Source: Octopus vulgaris
Taxonomy: Eukaryota
Assembly (NCBI GenBank): GCA_951406725.2
Contig: OX597817.1
Coordinates: 167,834,001-167,898,000 of the forward strand
Direction: 5' to 3'
DNA length: 64,000 nucleotides
Shown: positions 47,546 through 58,788 of the stretch, in pieces
Position numbering within the stretch: the first letter of the stretch is position 1
How the letters are laid out: each line of letters opens with the position of its first letter
Program-made: the position numbers and the translations under genes
The notes under the pieces: generated by a model
Database searches by the model: none
The model's input: the letters and a program-made list of their open reading frames with translations, nothing else
What the model was told of the DNA's origin: nothing

Positions 47546-48744
47546 TCGCTGTTCAGGACGCTTTTCTTTCCATGGATAAACCTTATCTGTTTCCCCCTTT
47601 ACACTTTACATCATGACATTTCTGTGATACACGATCCCTATTGATCGTTTTTTTTTTCTTTCCTTTTTAACTTCAAACTCCACCCATCTAACACCCGTGG
47701 ACATATTTACAAAGTAAGAAAACAGCACAGCTCCCATGACTTCAGGAAACATGTTTTCACGCTGAGAGTTGCTGAAGCATGGAACAAACTGCCGGCATCA
47801 GTTGTTAGTTGTCGGAGCACTGCATCCTTCAAAACTTCCATGCTTCCTGAGATTCGCCAACACTACACCTGATCTCCTCCCCTCCATACACACACAAGCA
47901 TGTATCTGACTCATACATTGTTCGCTTTCCAGACATTTCTACATTACTGCATGTACTTTATATGCACTTTCTGACAAGTTATGGTGCACCTGAGCACTGT
48001 ATACAATAATTTCATCATTATTATTATTATTATGATCCCTTTTGATCGAAAATCTACCCCACTTTTTTTTTCTCCCAAAAAGAAAAGCTCTACTTTGTAA
48101 TTTGTCCCGTCTGTGTTCAGCCCCGTGTGGCTAATAAAAAAACATATCTTTGCTGTTCGGTGTGTCACAGGTATTGTGTCTTTAGTGTTTACTATCTCTT
48201 ACCTGTTTTATTATTACTGCACCCTATGTCACCCACTCTGTTCCTATTATTCACTAAGCCAAACTTACTGTATCACCACTCTCTTCTCTCTTTCTCTTTT
48301 ACTTGTTTCAGTCATTTGACTGCGGCCATGCTGGAGCACCGCCTTTAGTCGAGCAAATCGACCACGGGACTTATTCTTTGTAAGCCCAGTACTTATTCTA
48401 TCGGTCTCTTTTGCCGAACCGCTAAGTGACGGGAACGTAAACACACCAGCATTGGTTGTCAAGCAATGCTAGGGGGACAAACACAGACACACACACATAC
48501 ATATATATACATATATACAACAGGCTTCTTTCAGTTTCCGTCTACCAAATCCACTCACAAGGCATTGGTCAGCCCGAGGCTATAGCAGAGACATGTGCCC
48601 AAGATGCCACGCAGTGGGACTGAATCCGGAACCATGTGGTTGGTTAGCAAGCTACTTACCACACAGCCACTCCTACGCCTAACCACTGTTTACTGTACTA
48701 CATTTCCTCAAGCTATTATTTATTTATGCCACACTTCTTGTATT

Positions 48745-49158
48745 TTTCTTTACTACCCACAAGGGGCTAAACACAGAGGGGACAAACAAGGACAGAAAAA
48801 CAGATAAAGTAGATTACATCGACCCCAGTGTGCAACTGGTACTTAATTTATCGACCCCGAAAGGATGAAAGGCAAAGTCGCCCTCGGTAGAATTTGAACT
48901 CAGAACGTAGCGGCAGACGAAATACCTATTTCTTTACTACCCACAAGGGGCTAAACACAGAGGGGACAAACAAGGACAGACAAACAGATTAAGTAGATTA
49001 CATCGACCCCAGTGTGCAACTGGTACTTAATTTATCGACCCCGAAAGAATGAAAGGCAAAGTCGACCTCGGCGGAACTTGAACCCAGAGTGTAACGGCAG
49101 ACGAAATACTGCTAAGCATTTCGCCCGGCGTGCTAACATTTCTGCCAGCTCTCCGCCA
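48745..49158 (-). mobile_element. SINE family B tandem dimer
   Basis: Two bodies and one head; same junction as the 15-kb array. Confidence 0.85.
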
Positions 49159-49249
49159 CACTTCTTGTAACTCTACTAGTTACCATCTCACACCTGTATA
49201 TTTAACATCCACCATCGTATTTCTATTGTTTATTGTCATATTTTTTCAG

Positions 49250-49339
49250 GTAAACTTCACATACCAGTTCCTACGTAAGAAGTTCTTCATATTCTCGCAG
49301 TTTATGTTTGATGAACACATCAAGTCACGACTGATTAAG
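49250..49339 (+). CDS. WASHC4: WASHC4 exon 16: [30 protein letters not shown]
   Basis: ttttttcag| and |gtactt; 90 nt. Confidence 0.97.
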
Positions 49340-50777
49340 GTACTTAATTTCTTTCATACATCTAAAGCACACACACACACTCACATGTACACAGACATGC
49401 ACACGCACACATATATACATCATCATCATCATCATCATCATCATCGGTTAGTGTCAGCTTTCCATGCTAGCATGGGTTGGACGGTTCAACTGGGGTCTGG
49501 GGAGCCCGAAGGCTGCACCAGGCCAGCAGATTCCTAACGCCAACCACTCCGAGAGTGTTTCTACAGCTGGATGCCACTGACACAACGCCAACCAGGCTCA
49601 GATGGTGCTCAGATGGGTGATTTTATGTGCCACCGACACAGGTGCCAGACGAGGCTGGTGAACGGCCACGCTCGGATGGTGTTTTTTATGTGCCACCGAC
49701 ACAGGTGCCACACGAGGCTGGCAGACGACCACGCTCGGATGGTGTTTTTTATGTGCCACCGACACAGGTGCCAGACGAGGCTGGCGAACGTCCACGATTC
49801 GGATGGTGTTTGTTACGTGCCCACAGCACGGAGGCCAATCGATGCGGTACTGGCTACGGCCATGTTCGGATGGTTTTCTTATGTGCCACCGGCGCTGGTA
49901 CCACAAAGATACAAATTCCATTGATGTTCATCTATTTTGATTTGGTTTTCACTTGCCTGCATTTACATATTCATAGGCAGTGGTGTGACTGTGTAGGCGT
50001 GAAGTTTGCTTCTTAAACCACGTGGTCTCAGTTTCAATTCCACTGTATGTCACTTTAGGCTAATATCTTCTTCTATAGCCCTGGCCTAACCAAAGCCATG
50101 TGAGTAGACTTTAGCAGACAGAAACTGGAAGAAGCCTGTCATGTGTGTGTGTATGTCTTTCTTTACTACCCACAAGGGGCTAAACACAGAGAGGACAAAC
50201 AATAACAGACAAACAGATTAAGTCGATTATATTGACCCCAGTATGTAACTGGTACTTATTTAATCGACCCCAAAAGGATGAAAGGCAAAGTCGACCTCGG
50301 CAGAATTTGAACTCAGAACGTAGCGGCAGACGAAATACCGATAAGCATTTCGCCCGGCGTGCTAACGATTCTGCCAGCTCACCGCCTTGTGTGTGTATGT
50401 GCTATTGTGTGTGTGTGTGTGTGTGTACCCTTGACATCATGTGATTGTTGTGTATGAGCATCCTCATCGTACAAGCAATGTTGTTCATTTCCAGTCTTCT
50501 GTAAAAACTCATCTGGCCATGGGCAAAATATTACCATACCAGGAAACAAGTAACACTGAATGACAAGAAGGGCATCTGGCCATTGCAAAATCTGCTTCAA
50601 CTAATTCTGTCTGACCCATGCAAGCATGGAAAAGGAAACATTAAATGATGAGAATGAGAATGATGATGATGATGATGATGATCTTCATACATACATGTAT
50701 TCTGTCTTTCCTTGGGCTTTCAGCTCTTGATGGAACTGTAAGATCACTATCATAACATGCAGTGTATCCTGAGCATG

Positions 50778-52260
50778 TTAACCCTTTCGATACCAACCCG
50801 GCTGAAATCAGCTCAAACTCTGAGTGCAAATGTCTTGTTTTCATAAGTTTTGAATTAAAATCTTCCACCAAACCTTAGTCACAATTTATGTTCCTAACAC
50901 TAGCTGAATGATAACTAAGTTATTTTACTAAATTCTTTGTTGATATTTAAAGTAATTGAAAGAAACACAGAGTATCTCAACAGAATATGGTAACAAAAGG
51001 GTTAAAATATATAATAGAGAAACAATTCTTAACCCTTTCGTTACCAACCCAGCCAAAACCGGCTCTGGCTCTGAGTACAAATGTCTTGTTTTCATAAGTT
51101 TTGAATTAAAATCTTCCACCAAACCTTAGTCACAATTTATGTTCCTAACACTAGCTGAATGATAACTGAGTTACTTTACTGAATTCTTTGTTATATTTAA
51201 AGTAATTGAAAGAAACACAGAGTATCTCAACAGAATATGGTAACAAAAGGGTTAAAATATATAATTGAGAAACAATTCTTAACCCTTTCGTTACCAACCC
51301 AGCCAAAACCGGCTCTGGCTCTGAGTACAAATGTCTTGTTTTCATAAGTTTTGAATTAAAATCTTCCACCAAACCTTAGTCACAATTTATGTTCCTAACA
51401 CTAGCTGAATGATAACTGAGTTACTTTACTGAATTCTTTGTTATATTTAAAGTAATTGAAAGAAACACAGAGCATCTCAACAGAAATATGGTAACAAAAG
51501 GGTTAAAATATATAATAGAGAAACAATTCTTAACCCTTTCGTTACCAACCCGGCCAAAACCGGCTCTGGCTCTGAGTACAAATGTCTTGTTTTCATAAGT
51601 TTTGAATTAAAATCTTCCACCAAACCTTAGTCACAATTTATGTTCCTAACACTACCTTAATGATAACTGAGTTATTTTGCTAAATTCTTTGTTATATTTA
51701 AAGTAATTGAAAGAAACACAGAGTATCTCAACAGAATATGGTAACAAAAGGGTTAAAATATATAATTGAGAAACAATTCTTAACCCTTTCGTTACCAACC
51801 CGGCCAAAACCAGCTCTGGCTCTATAGTACAAATGTCTTGTTTTCATAAGTTTTGAATTCAAATCTTCCACCAAACTTTAGTCACAATTTATGTTCCTAA
51901 AACTAGCTGAATGATGACTAAGTTATTTTACTAAATTCTTTGTTATATTTAAAGTAATTGAAAGAAACACAGAGCATCTCAACAGAAATATGGTAACAAA
52001 AGGGTTAAAATATATAATAGAGAAACAATTCTTAACCCTTTTGATACCAACCCGGCCAAAACTGGCTCTGGCTCTGTAATACAAATGTCTTGTTTTCATA
52101 AGTTTTGAATTAAAATCTTCCACCAAACCTTAGTCACAATTTATGTTCCTAACACTACCTTAATGATAACTGAGTTATTTTGCTAAATTCTTTGTTATAT
52201 TTAAAGTAATTGAAAGAAACGCAGAGCACCTCAAAATAAATACAGCAACGAAAGGGTTAA
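50778..52260. mobile_element. Six-copy tandem array of piggyBac-type MITE E (period ~250-252 bp)
   Basis: Units start at 50778, 51029, 51279, 51530, 51780 and 52032; each is TTAACCCTTT...AAAGGGTTAA, joined by AATATATAAT(A/T)GAGAAACAATTC. Confidence 0.9.
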
Positions 52261-52307
52261 AACGAGTGAAGTCTACCTTCCCCATGTGTATACATAACTA
52301 ATTTCTT

Positions 52308-52347
<40 letters not shown>

Positions 52348-54034
52348 AACTCTGGTACTGGACTGATACTTTATTTATCAACTTCAAAAGGATGAAAAGC
52401 AGAGTAGAGCTCCATGAATGTTGCATGAAAACATTCAGCACTTATCTATCTGGAATATTGATACATGAATATATCTGTTTCTTTACTACCCACAAGGGGC
52501 TAAACATAGAGGAGACAAACAAGGACAGACAAACGGATTAAGTTGATTATATCAACCCCAGTGTGTAACTGGTACTTATTTAATCGACCCCGAAAGGATG
52601 AAAGGCAAAGTCAACCTTGGCGGAATTTGAACTCAGAACGTAACGGCAGACGAAATACTGCTAAGCATTTCGCCCGGCGTGCTAACGATTCTGCCAGCTC
52701 GCCGCCTTTGAAACTTAATTACCACCACAGTGGCATGGCTGCTGCTGCGGCGGTGGTGGTGGTGGTGCAGTTTCCATCTACTAAAGCCATTCACAGCATA
52801 GTGCTATAGTAGTAGACATTAGCCCAAGGTGCCATGTAGTTGGAAAGCAAATGTCTTACCACTCAGTCATGCTTGTGCCCTAATCTCTACGCATGTATAA
52901 TCATCATCATCATCATCATCATCGTTTAACGTCCATTTTCCATGCTGGCATGGGTTGGACGGTTCAACTGGGGTCTGGGAAGCCAGAAGGCTGCGCCAGG
53001 CCCAGTCTGATCTGGCAGTGTTTCTACAGCTGGATGCTCTTCCTAACGCCAACCACTCCGTGAGTGTGGTGGGTGCTTTTTACGTGCCACCGGCACAGGT
53101 GCTGGACGAGGCTGGCAAACGGCCACGATCGGATGGTGCTCTTTACATGCCACCTACACAGGTGCCAGACGAGGCTGGCAAACGGCCACAATCGGATGGT
53201 GCTCTTTATGTGCCACCTGCACAGGTGCCAGATGAGGCTGGCAAATGGCCACGATCGGATGGTGCTTTTTACGTGCCACCGGCACGGGAGCCAGGCGAGC
53301 TGTCAATGGCCACAATGTATATACAAAAGTGGAACAGCTTTAACCATAATATTTTTATCTCAGAGACTCTTCTCAAAGAGACTTTTGTATCAAAAAACAT
53401 TTCCGGGTTCATCACCGAAGAGACCAGATCAGGTCAAACACAGCGTCTTACAATGCACTGGGTGTTCGGAGCAGTCTGTGTTTTTCAAGGCAGGAAACTG
53501 ATAAGACAGTGTTCATATATGAATTGATATCTGTAGTTAGGTTCTTATTTCTAGCGTCAATTAGATTTGAGTTGGTGATATTGTAATGCATACTTATGTA
53601 CATATGCATGTATGTATCTATGTATGTATGGATATGCATTTGTAAGTGTATATATACTTATGTACATACTTGTATGTATATATGTACATATATGTATGTA
53701 GGTACTTATCTACTAATGTGTGTACTTATATGATTGTACATTCACAACAACTAATTTGGATGGATTTTTCTGTTACAGGCTGATAAATAATGATCCATCT
53801 AATGCATGCCAGCATGGCAAATGAACATAAAATGATGATGATGATGATTCTATATATGAGAGAGACACAGAAAGAGAGAGGGTGAAATAAATTTAGATAG
53901 ATATGCACATCTTTACACATGCACATGATAAGCCTTTGTTAACATGATAGACATTACAGCACTGTACCCCTACAACAACATGCTTCTCCTATGCTCTCCC
54001 TGTTTTCTATCATTATACAATCATTCTATTTCAG

Positions 54035-54079
54035 GATTTGAAATTCTTCAAGGAACATCACATACACACTGACCAGAAG
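54035..54079 (+). CDS. WASHC4: WASHC4 exon 17: DLKFFKEHHIHTDQK
   Basis: ctatttcag| and |gtactg; 45 nt; fills the gap between SRLIK and YP.DRAEKF. Confidence 0.9.
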
Positions 54080-54808
54080 GTACTGTACACATTTTGTTAT
54101 CTTTGAATGTAGGGACAATGGTGAGGGAAGGCATTATTAGCCAGGGGTTTGCCGGGTAGCAGGAAGCCTCTAGTCACTGAATATGCTTCTTTGCCTTTAT
54201 TCTGGGATGCAAGCCTCAGCCCAAAGCCTACTCAGATAGTAAGATTTTTCCACACTAGTGCAAATATCTGAAGTGCCAATCTCTAATTGTGGAAGGAGTA
54301 GACCCAGGAAGATGTGGGACAAAGTAGTTAGAAATTATCTTCAGATGTTGGGCCTCACAGAGGAGATGACAAGAGACCGAGACTCCTGGCTTTTTGCTTT
54401 ACTTGAGAAGACACGCCAAGCTAAGTAAGACTGTGGCCATCCATACATACAGATATGTCTTCTACATCCCTCTCTCAGCCAAGAGGTCCTTTCCTTGAGG
54501 CCTTGTGGGTGCTGGTATCACATAAAAGGTGCCCGTGCCAGTGCCACTTAAAGGCACCCGTGCCTGTGCCACATAGAAGCACCCATACTTGTGCCATGTA
54601 AAAGCACCCATACTTGTGCCATGTAAAAGTCCCACATAAAAGCATCCCTGCCAGTGCCTTTTAAAATGCCCATACTGGTTCCCTATAAAATGCACTCTGG
54701 GCAGCTTCCCAGCTGGCCAGTTGCTGTCAAACTATCCAATCCACAGAAAGCAGGTATTAAATGATGGTGATGATGATGACGATAATTGGAGTAGGTGTGC
54801 ATCATCTA

Positions 54809-55374
54809 ATGGGTTGTCCGGAAACTTCGTGCCGATTTTTAAAGGAAAGAAAAAGGTCAATAAATACTTGCCATTACATTTTTAATCAACCAAATATGAA
54901 CCATTTTGTTGCACAATGCATCTCCATCTTTCCTTTAACTTGAAAATACCCTCTTCCCAGGATTGAGGTGGTTTCATGGCAAAGAATTCATCAAGGTCTC
55001 TTTTTACGTCATCCAAGGAATTGAAATTTTTACCATTAAGACTATTCTGCAGAGACCTGAATAAGTGGAAATCCGAAGGAGCAACATCTGGTGAATATGG
55101 AGGGTGGGGTAACACATCCCAGTTGAGCTGCAGCAATTTTTGTCTGGTTCCCAAAGCATCAAGTGCCAAAAATGAACTTTCTTACCTTCCAATTTAAAGG
55201 GTTACAGAATTAACACAGGTTATAGGAACATAAAACTTCTTCCACGAAAAGATAGCTTAAACTGTGCTCTAAATGGAGGTGTAGTCAAATCCTATTTTAT
55301 GGACTCAACCATGTTCTAAAATAAGTCGAAAGGTAAGCTACTATAAATCGGCACAAACTTTCCGGACAACCCAA
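54809..55374 (-). mobile_element. Internally deleted mariner (DD34D-type) element
   Basis: TA-flanked TIRs TGGGTTGTCCGGAAA...GTGCCGATTT; N-terminus MEGKKVHF.HLMLWE joined directly to C-terminal WDVLPHPPYSPDVAPSDFHLFRSLQN. Confidence 0.9.
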
Positions 55375-55506
55375 TATAATGGTGCTAGGATGGTAAATGC
55401 TGCTACCATTGTGGTGGTATGGTACTAGGGTTGCAATACACATCTTGTTGTCATTACTCTAGACATGGGGTCTCCGGCCTTAGGCTTTTGGGAGAAGCGT
55501 ATACAA

Positions 55507-56339
55507 TGGTACTGTGCTTCATCTAAGCCATTTATGCGATAATGTATGAGTGTCTGTATATCATAAAAAGAATGAGGTGATATGTGGAGAATAGGGCCAA
55601 GAGTGAGTTGAAAGAATGAGTATGAGGAGTAAGAGGGTTGGAGAAGGGGAGGAAAGATTGAGATTAGAACTAGACGTGACACAAATGAATGACCTCTCTG
55701 TGAATATGTAATTGCCTGGTTTCATTTGTATGAATGTCTGTGTACATGCAGCCTGTGTATATATGTGTATCAGAACTTGAATGTATTATATGCACTGATT
55801 ATGTGTGCACACCTACTGCATATATATGTGTGTGTGTGTGTGTGTGTTGTTAATAATCACCAGAAGATAGAGAGTGACTCAAGGGTCGAGCATTTCATGT
55901 GTTGGTACTTATCAAGTTTGATGGTACTGTGCTTCATCTAAGCCATTTATGTGATAATGTATGAGTGTCTGTATGTCATAAAAAGAATGAGGTGATATGT
56001 GGAGAATAGGGCCAAGAGTGAGTTGAAAGAATGAGTATGAGGAGTAAGAGGGTTGGAGAAGGGGAGGAAAGATTGAGATTAGAACTAGATATGATACAAA
56101 TTTGACCTCTCTGTGAATATGTAATTGCCTGGTTTCATTTGTATGAATGTATACTCTTTTACTTGTTTCAGTCATTTGACTGCGGCCATGCTGGAGCACC
56201 GCCTTTAGTCGAGCAAATTCTTTGTGGGCCCAGTACTTATTCATCGGTCTCTTTTGCCGAACCGCTAAGTGACGGGGACGTAAACACACCAGCATCGGTT
56301 GTCAAGCAATGCTAGGGGGACAAACACAGACACACAAAT

Positions 56340-56380
<41 letters not shown>

Positions 56381-56725
56381 AACGACAGGCTTCTTTCAGT
56401 TTCTGTCTACCAAATCCACTCACAAGGCATTGGTCGGCCCGAGGCTATAGCAGAAGACACTTGCCCAAGATGCCACGGAGTGGGACTGAACCCGGAACCA
56501 TGTGGTTGGTTAGCAAGCTACTTACCACACAGCCACTCCTGTGCCTATATGTATGTGTACATGTAGTATGTGTATCAGAACTTGAATGTATTATATGCAC
56601 TGATTATGTGTGCACACCTACTGCATATATATGTGTGTGTGTGTGTGTGTGTGTTGTTAATAATCACCAGAAGATAGAGAGTGACTCAAGGGTCGAGCAT
56701 TTCATGTGTTGGCACTTATCAAGTT
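55507..56725. repeat. Local ~415-bp tandem duplication; second copy interrupted by a SINE A
   Basis: 55507-55920 is repeated at 55921-56152 plus ~56560-56725. Confidence 0.85.
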
Positions 56726-58338
56726 TGTTAAGTCCCAACACTCTAAGTGCTCAGTCGTTGTGTCACTATATAACTTCTGCCAAGTATTAATAAAAAAACA
56801 CCATCCGAGCGTGAGTTCCATTTCCCTGTTTGTATCACCTCTCTTTGTATATAAATATATATATATATATATATAATACAACAACAACAATATATATATA
56901 TTCGCCAGCCTCGGCCGTTCGCCAGCCTCGACTGGCACCTGTGTCGGTGGCACATAAAAAACACCATCCGAGCGTGGCCGTTCGCCAGCCTCGACTGGCA
57001 CCTGTGTCGGTGGCACATAAAATCACCCACTACACTCTCGGAGTGGTTGGCGTTAGGAAGGGCATCCAGCTGTAGAAACACTGCCACATCTGACTGGACT
57101 GGTGCAGCCTTCGGGCTTCCCAGACCCCAGTTGAACCGTCCAACCCATGCTAGCATGGAAAACGGACGCTAAATGATGATGATGATGATGATGATGAAGC
57201 AATAATAAATCGCTGAGCAAGGTATAAATACTGATAGGGCACAGAAGAAAGTGTGTCAATAGCCAGCTGGAAGGGGTATCCTCCTGGGGCTACAAGCTAC
57301 AGTAGCATCCACCCTTATGGGTTAGCCACATTTAAATAGCAAATATACTTTTATATATATATATATATATATATATAAGAATGAATGTTTTTATATATAA
57401 TGAACGTGAAATACAGGAAGGGACGAACACGGAACACAGACAAATCATTCGAAGCCTTCAATCTTGGTAGAAGACAGGAATGTGAACGCACAAGACGGAT
57501 GTGAATACAAGAGACGAAAACGAAATTGAAAACAGTAATGAATAAACAAAATATATAGAACGGTGGTTGTCATACGACTTTAGACCAAATGAGACAAAAA
57601 CACAACAACAACATAGCTGGCGTAGAAATAATTACCGTTTCGGTAGCGGGGACACATGTTGGTCGAGATACGAAGGCCAACAGAATGGTTTAAATATAAT
57701 GCTAAGCATTTTTTCCGATGGCCCGATAACTTAAGAGATGCCAGCGTGGGTTTCCGCCCCGACATTCGAAACTTGGAGTTTTGTCATGGCTACCAAATAA
57801 TTGTCACATACTATATTTACTGATAAATTCCTCTATTTACATAATATCGAGGTCTCTTACATTCTTTTGTTGTCTTGCCATTTCTATCAATATATATATG
57901 TAGAAAGAGAGAGAGAGAGAGAGAGAAATGAGAAATCTATAGGTCTGAGCCTTTCAGCTTTGAATTTGCACAATTCACTGAGTGTTTCATGAAAAAGCAA
58001 GGACATTTTGTATGAGTTGTAATGTGGTAGTTGGAACAAGTGAGCCATGGGGTAGTAATGGAGACATCCTGTTCTTTTTTTAGACCCAGGTCAACCCTGT
58101 TAGAGTAAGCCGCCTATGATCAAAGACATTTCGACCATCGCCATCTTGTCAGTTAATCTAGACGGCATCATGCAATGTGTCCTTCCTGTTCCAAGTTGCT
58201 ATTGTGTAATTTGAGTTATTTGACTGCTGTTTCTAGAGTGAAGCTTGTGTATCTGTATATGCACATATGTGCATATGTATGTGTGTGTTTTATGTTTGTT
58301 TGGACTAACTGAGGGTGCTGATGATTATAGGATGGTAT

Positions 58339-58788
58339 GGCCAGCTGGAGACGTCGATCTCCTGGGGCTAAAAGCGTCAGTAACACCCCACCCCCAGTGG
58401 CTAGCCACATTCAGATGGCTAGTACACTTTATGTTGTCGAGCGGTTACTGTTTACATCTCGTTCGGAGATTTATTAATGCTTTCAGACAGTTTTTCTAAA
58501 TCAGTGACTGTGGTTGCTGGGAAAAACATTAAATAGTTATTTGCAAGGGTCTCCTTCATCGAAAGCCGGTGTTTACCATGCGTTGACGAGAGGCATAAAC
58601 CTTGAAACTATAGTCCGTATGTAGCACTTAGGTTTTCGAGGGAGGATGACCTCCCTTTGCAAATATCATAAGGGCACAGAAATTGTGTCTAAGGCCAGCT
58701 GGAGACATCAATCTCCTGGGGCTAAAAGCGTCAGTAACACCCACCCCCAGTGGCTAGCCACATTCAGATGGCTAGTACACTTTATGTT
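58339..58788 (+). mobile_element. Retrozyme-like ~354-bp partial tandem repeat
   Basis: Direct repeat 58339-58435 / 58693-58788 enclosing a hammerhead motif. Confidence 0.7.
58577..58621 (+). ncRNA. Type I hammerhead-ribozyme-like motif
   Basis: CATGCG-TTGACGA-GAGG cataaa CCTT-GAAACTATAGTC^CGTATG. Only core deviation is C3U; GUC cleavage triplet; stem I extends via GGTGTT/AGCACT. Confidence 0.7.

Noticed and set aside
47105-47644. 179-aa hydrophobic, Cys-rich ORF
   Set aside because: It lies wholly within a degenerate minisatellite.
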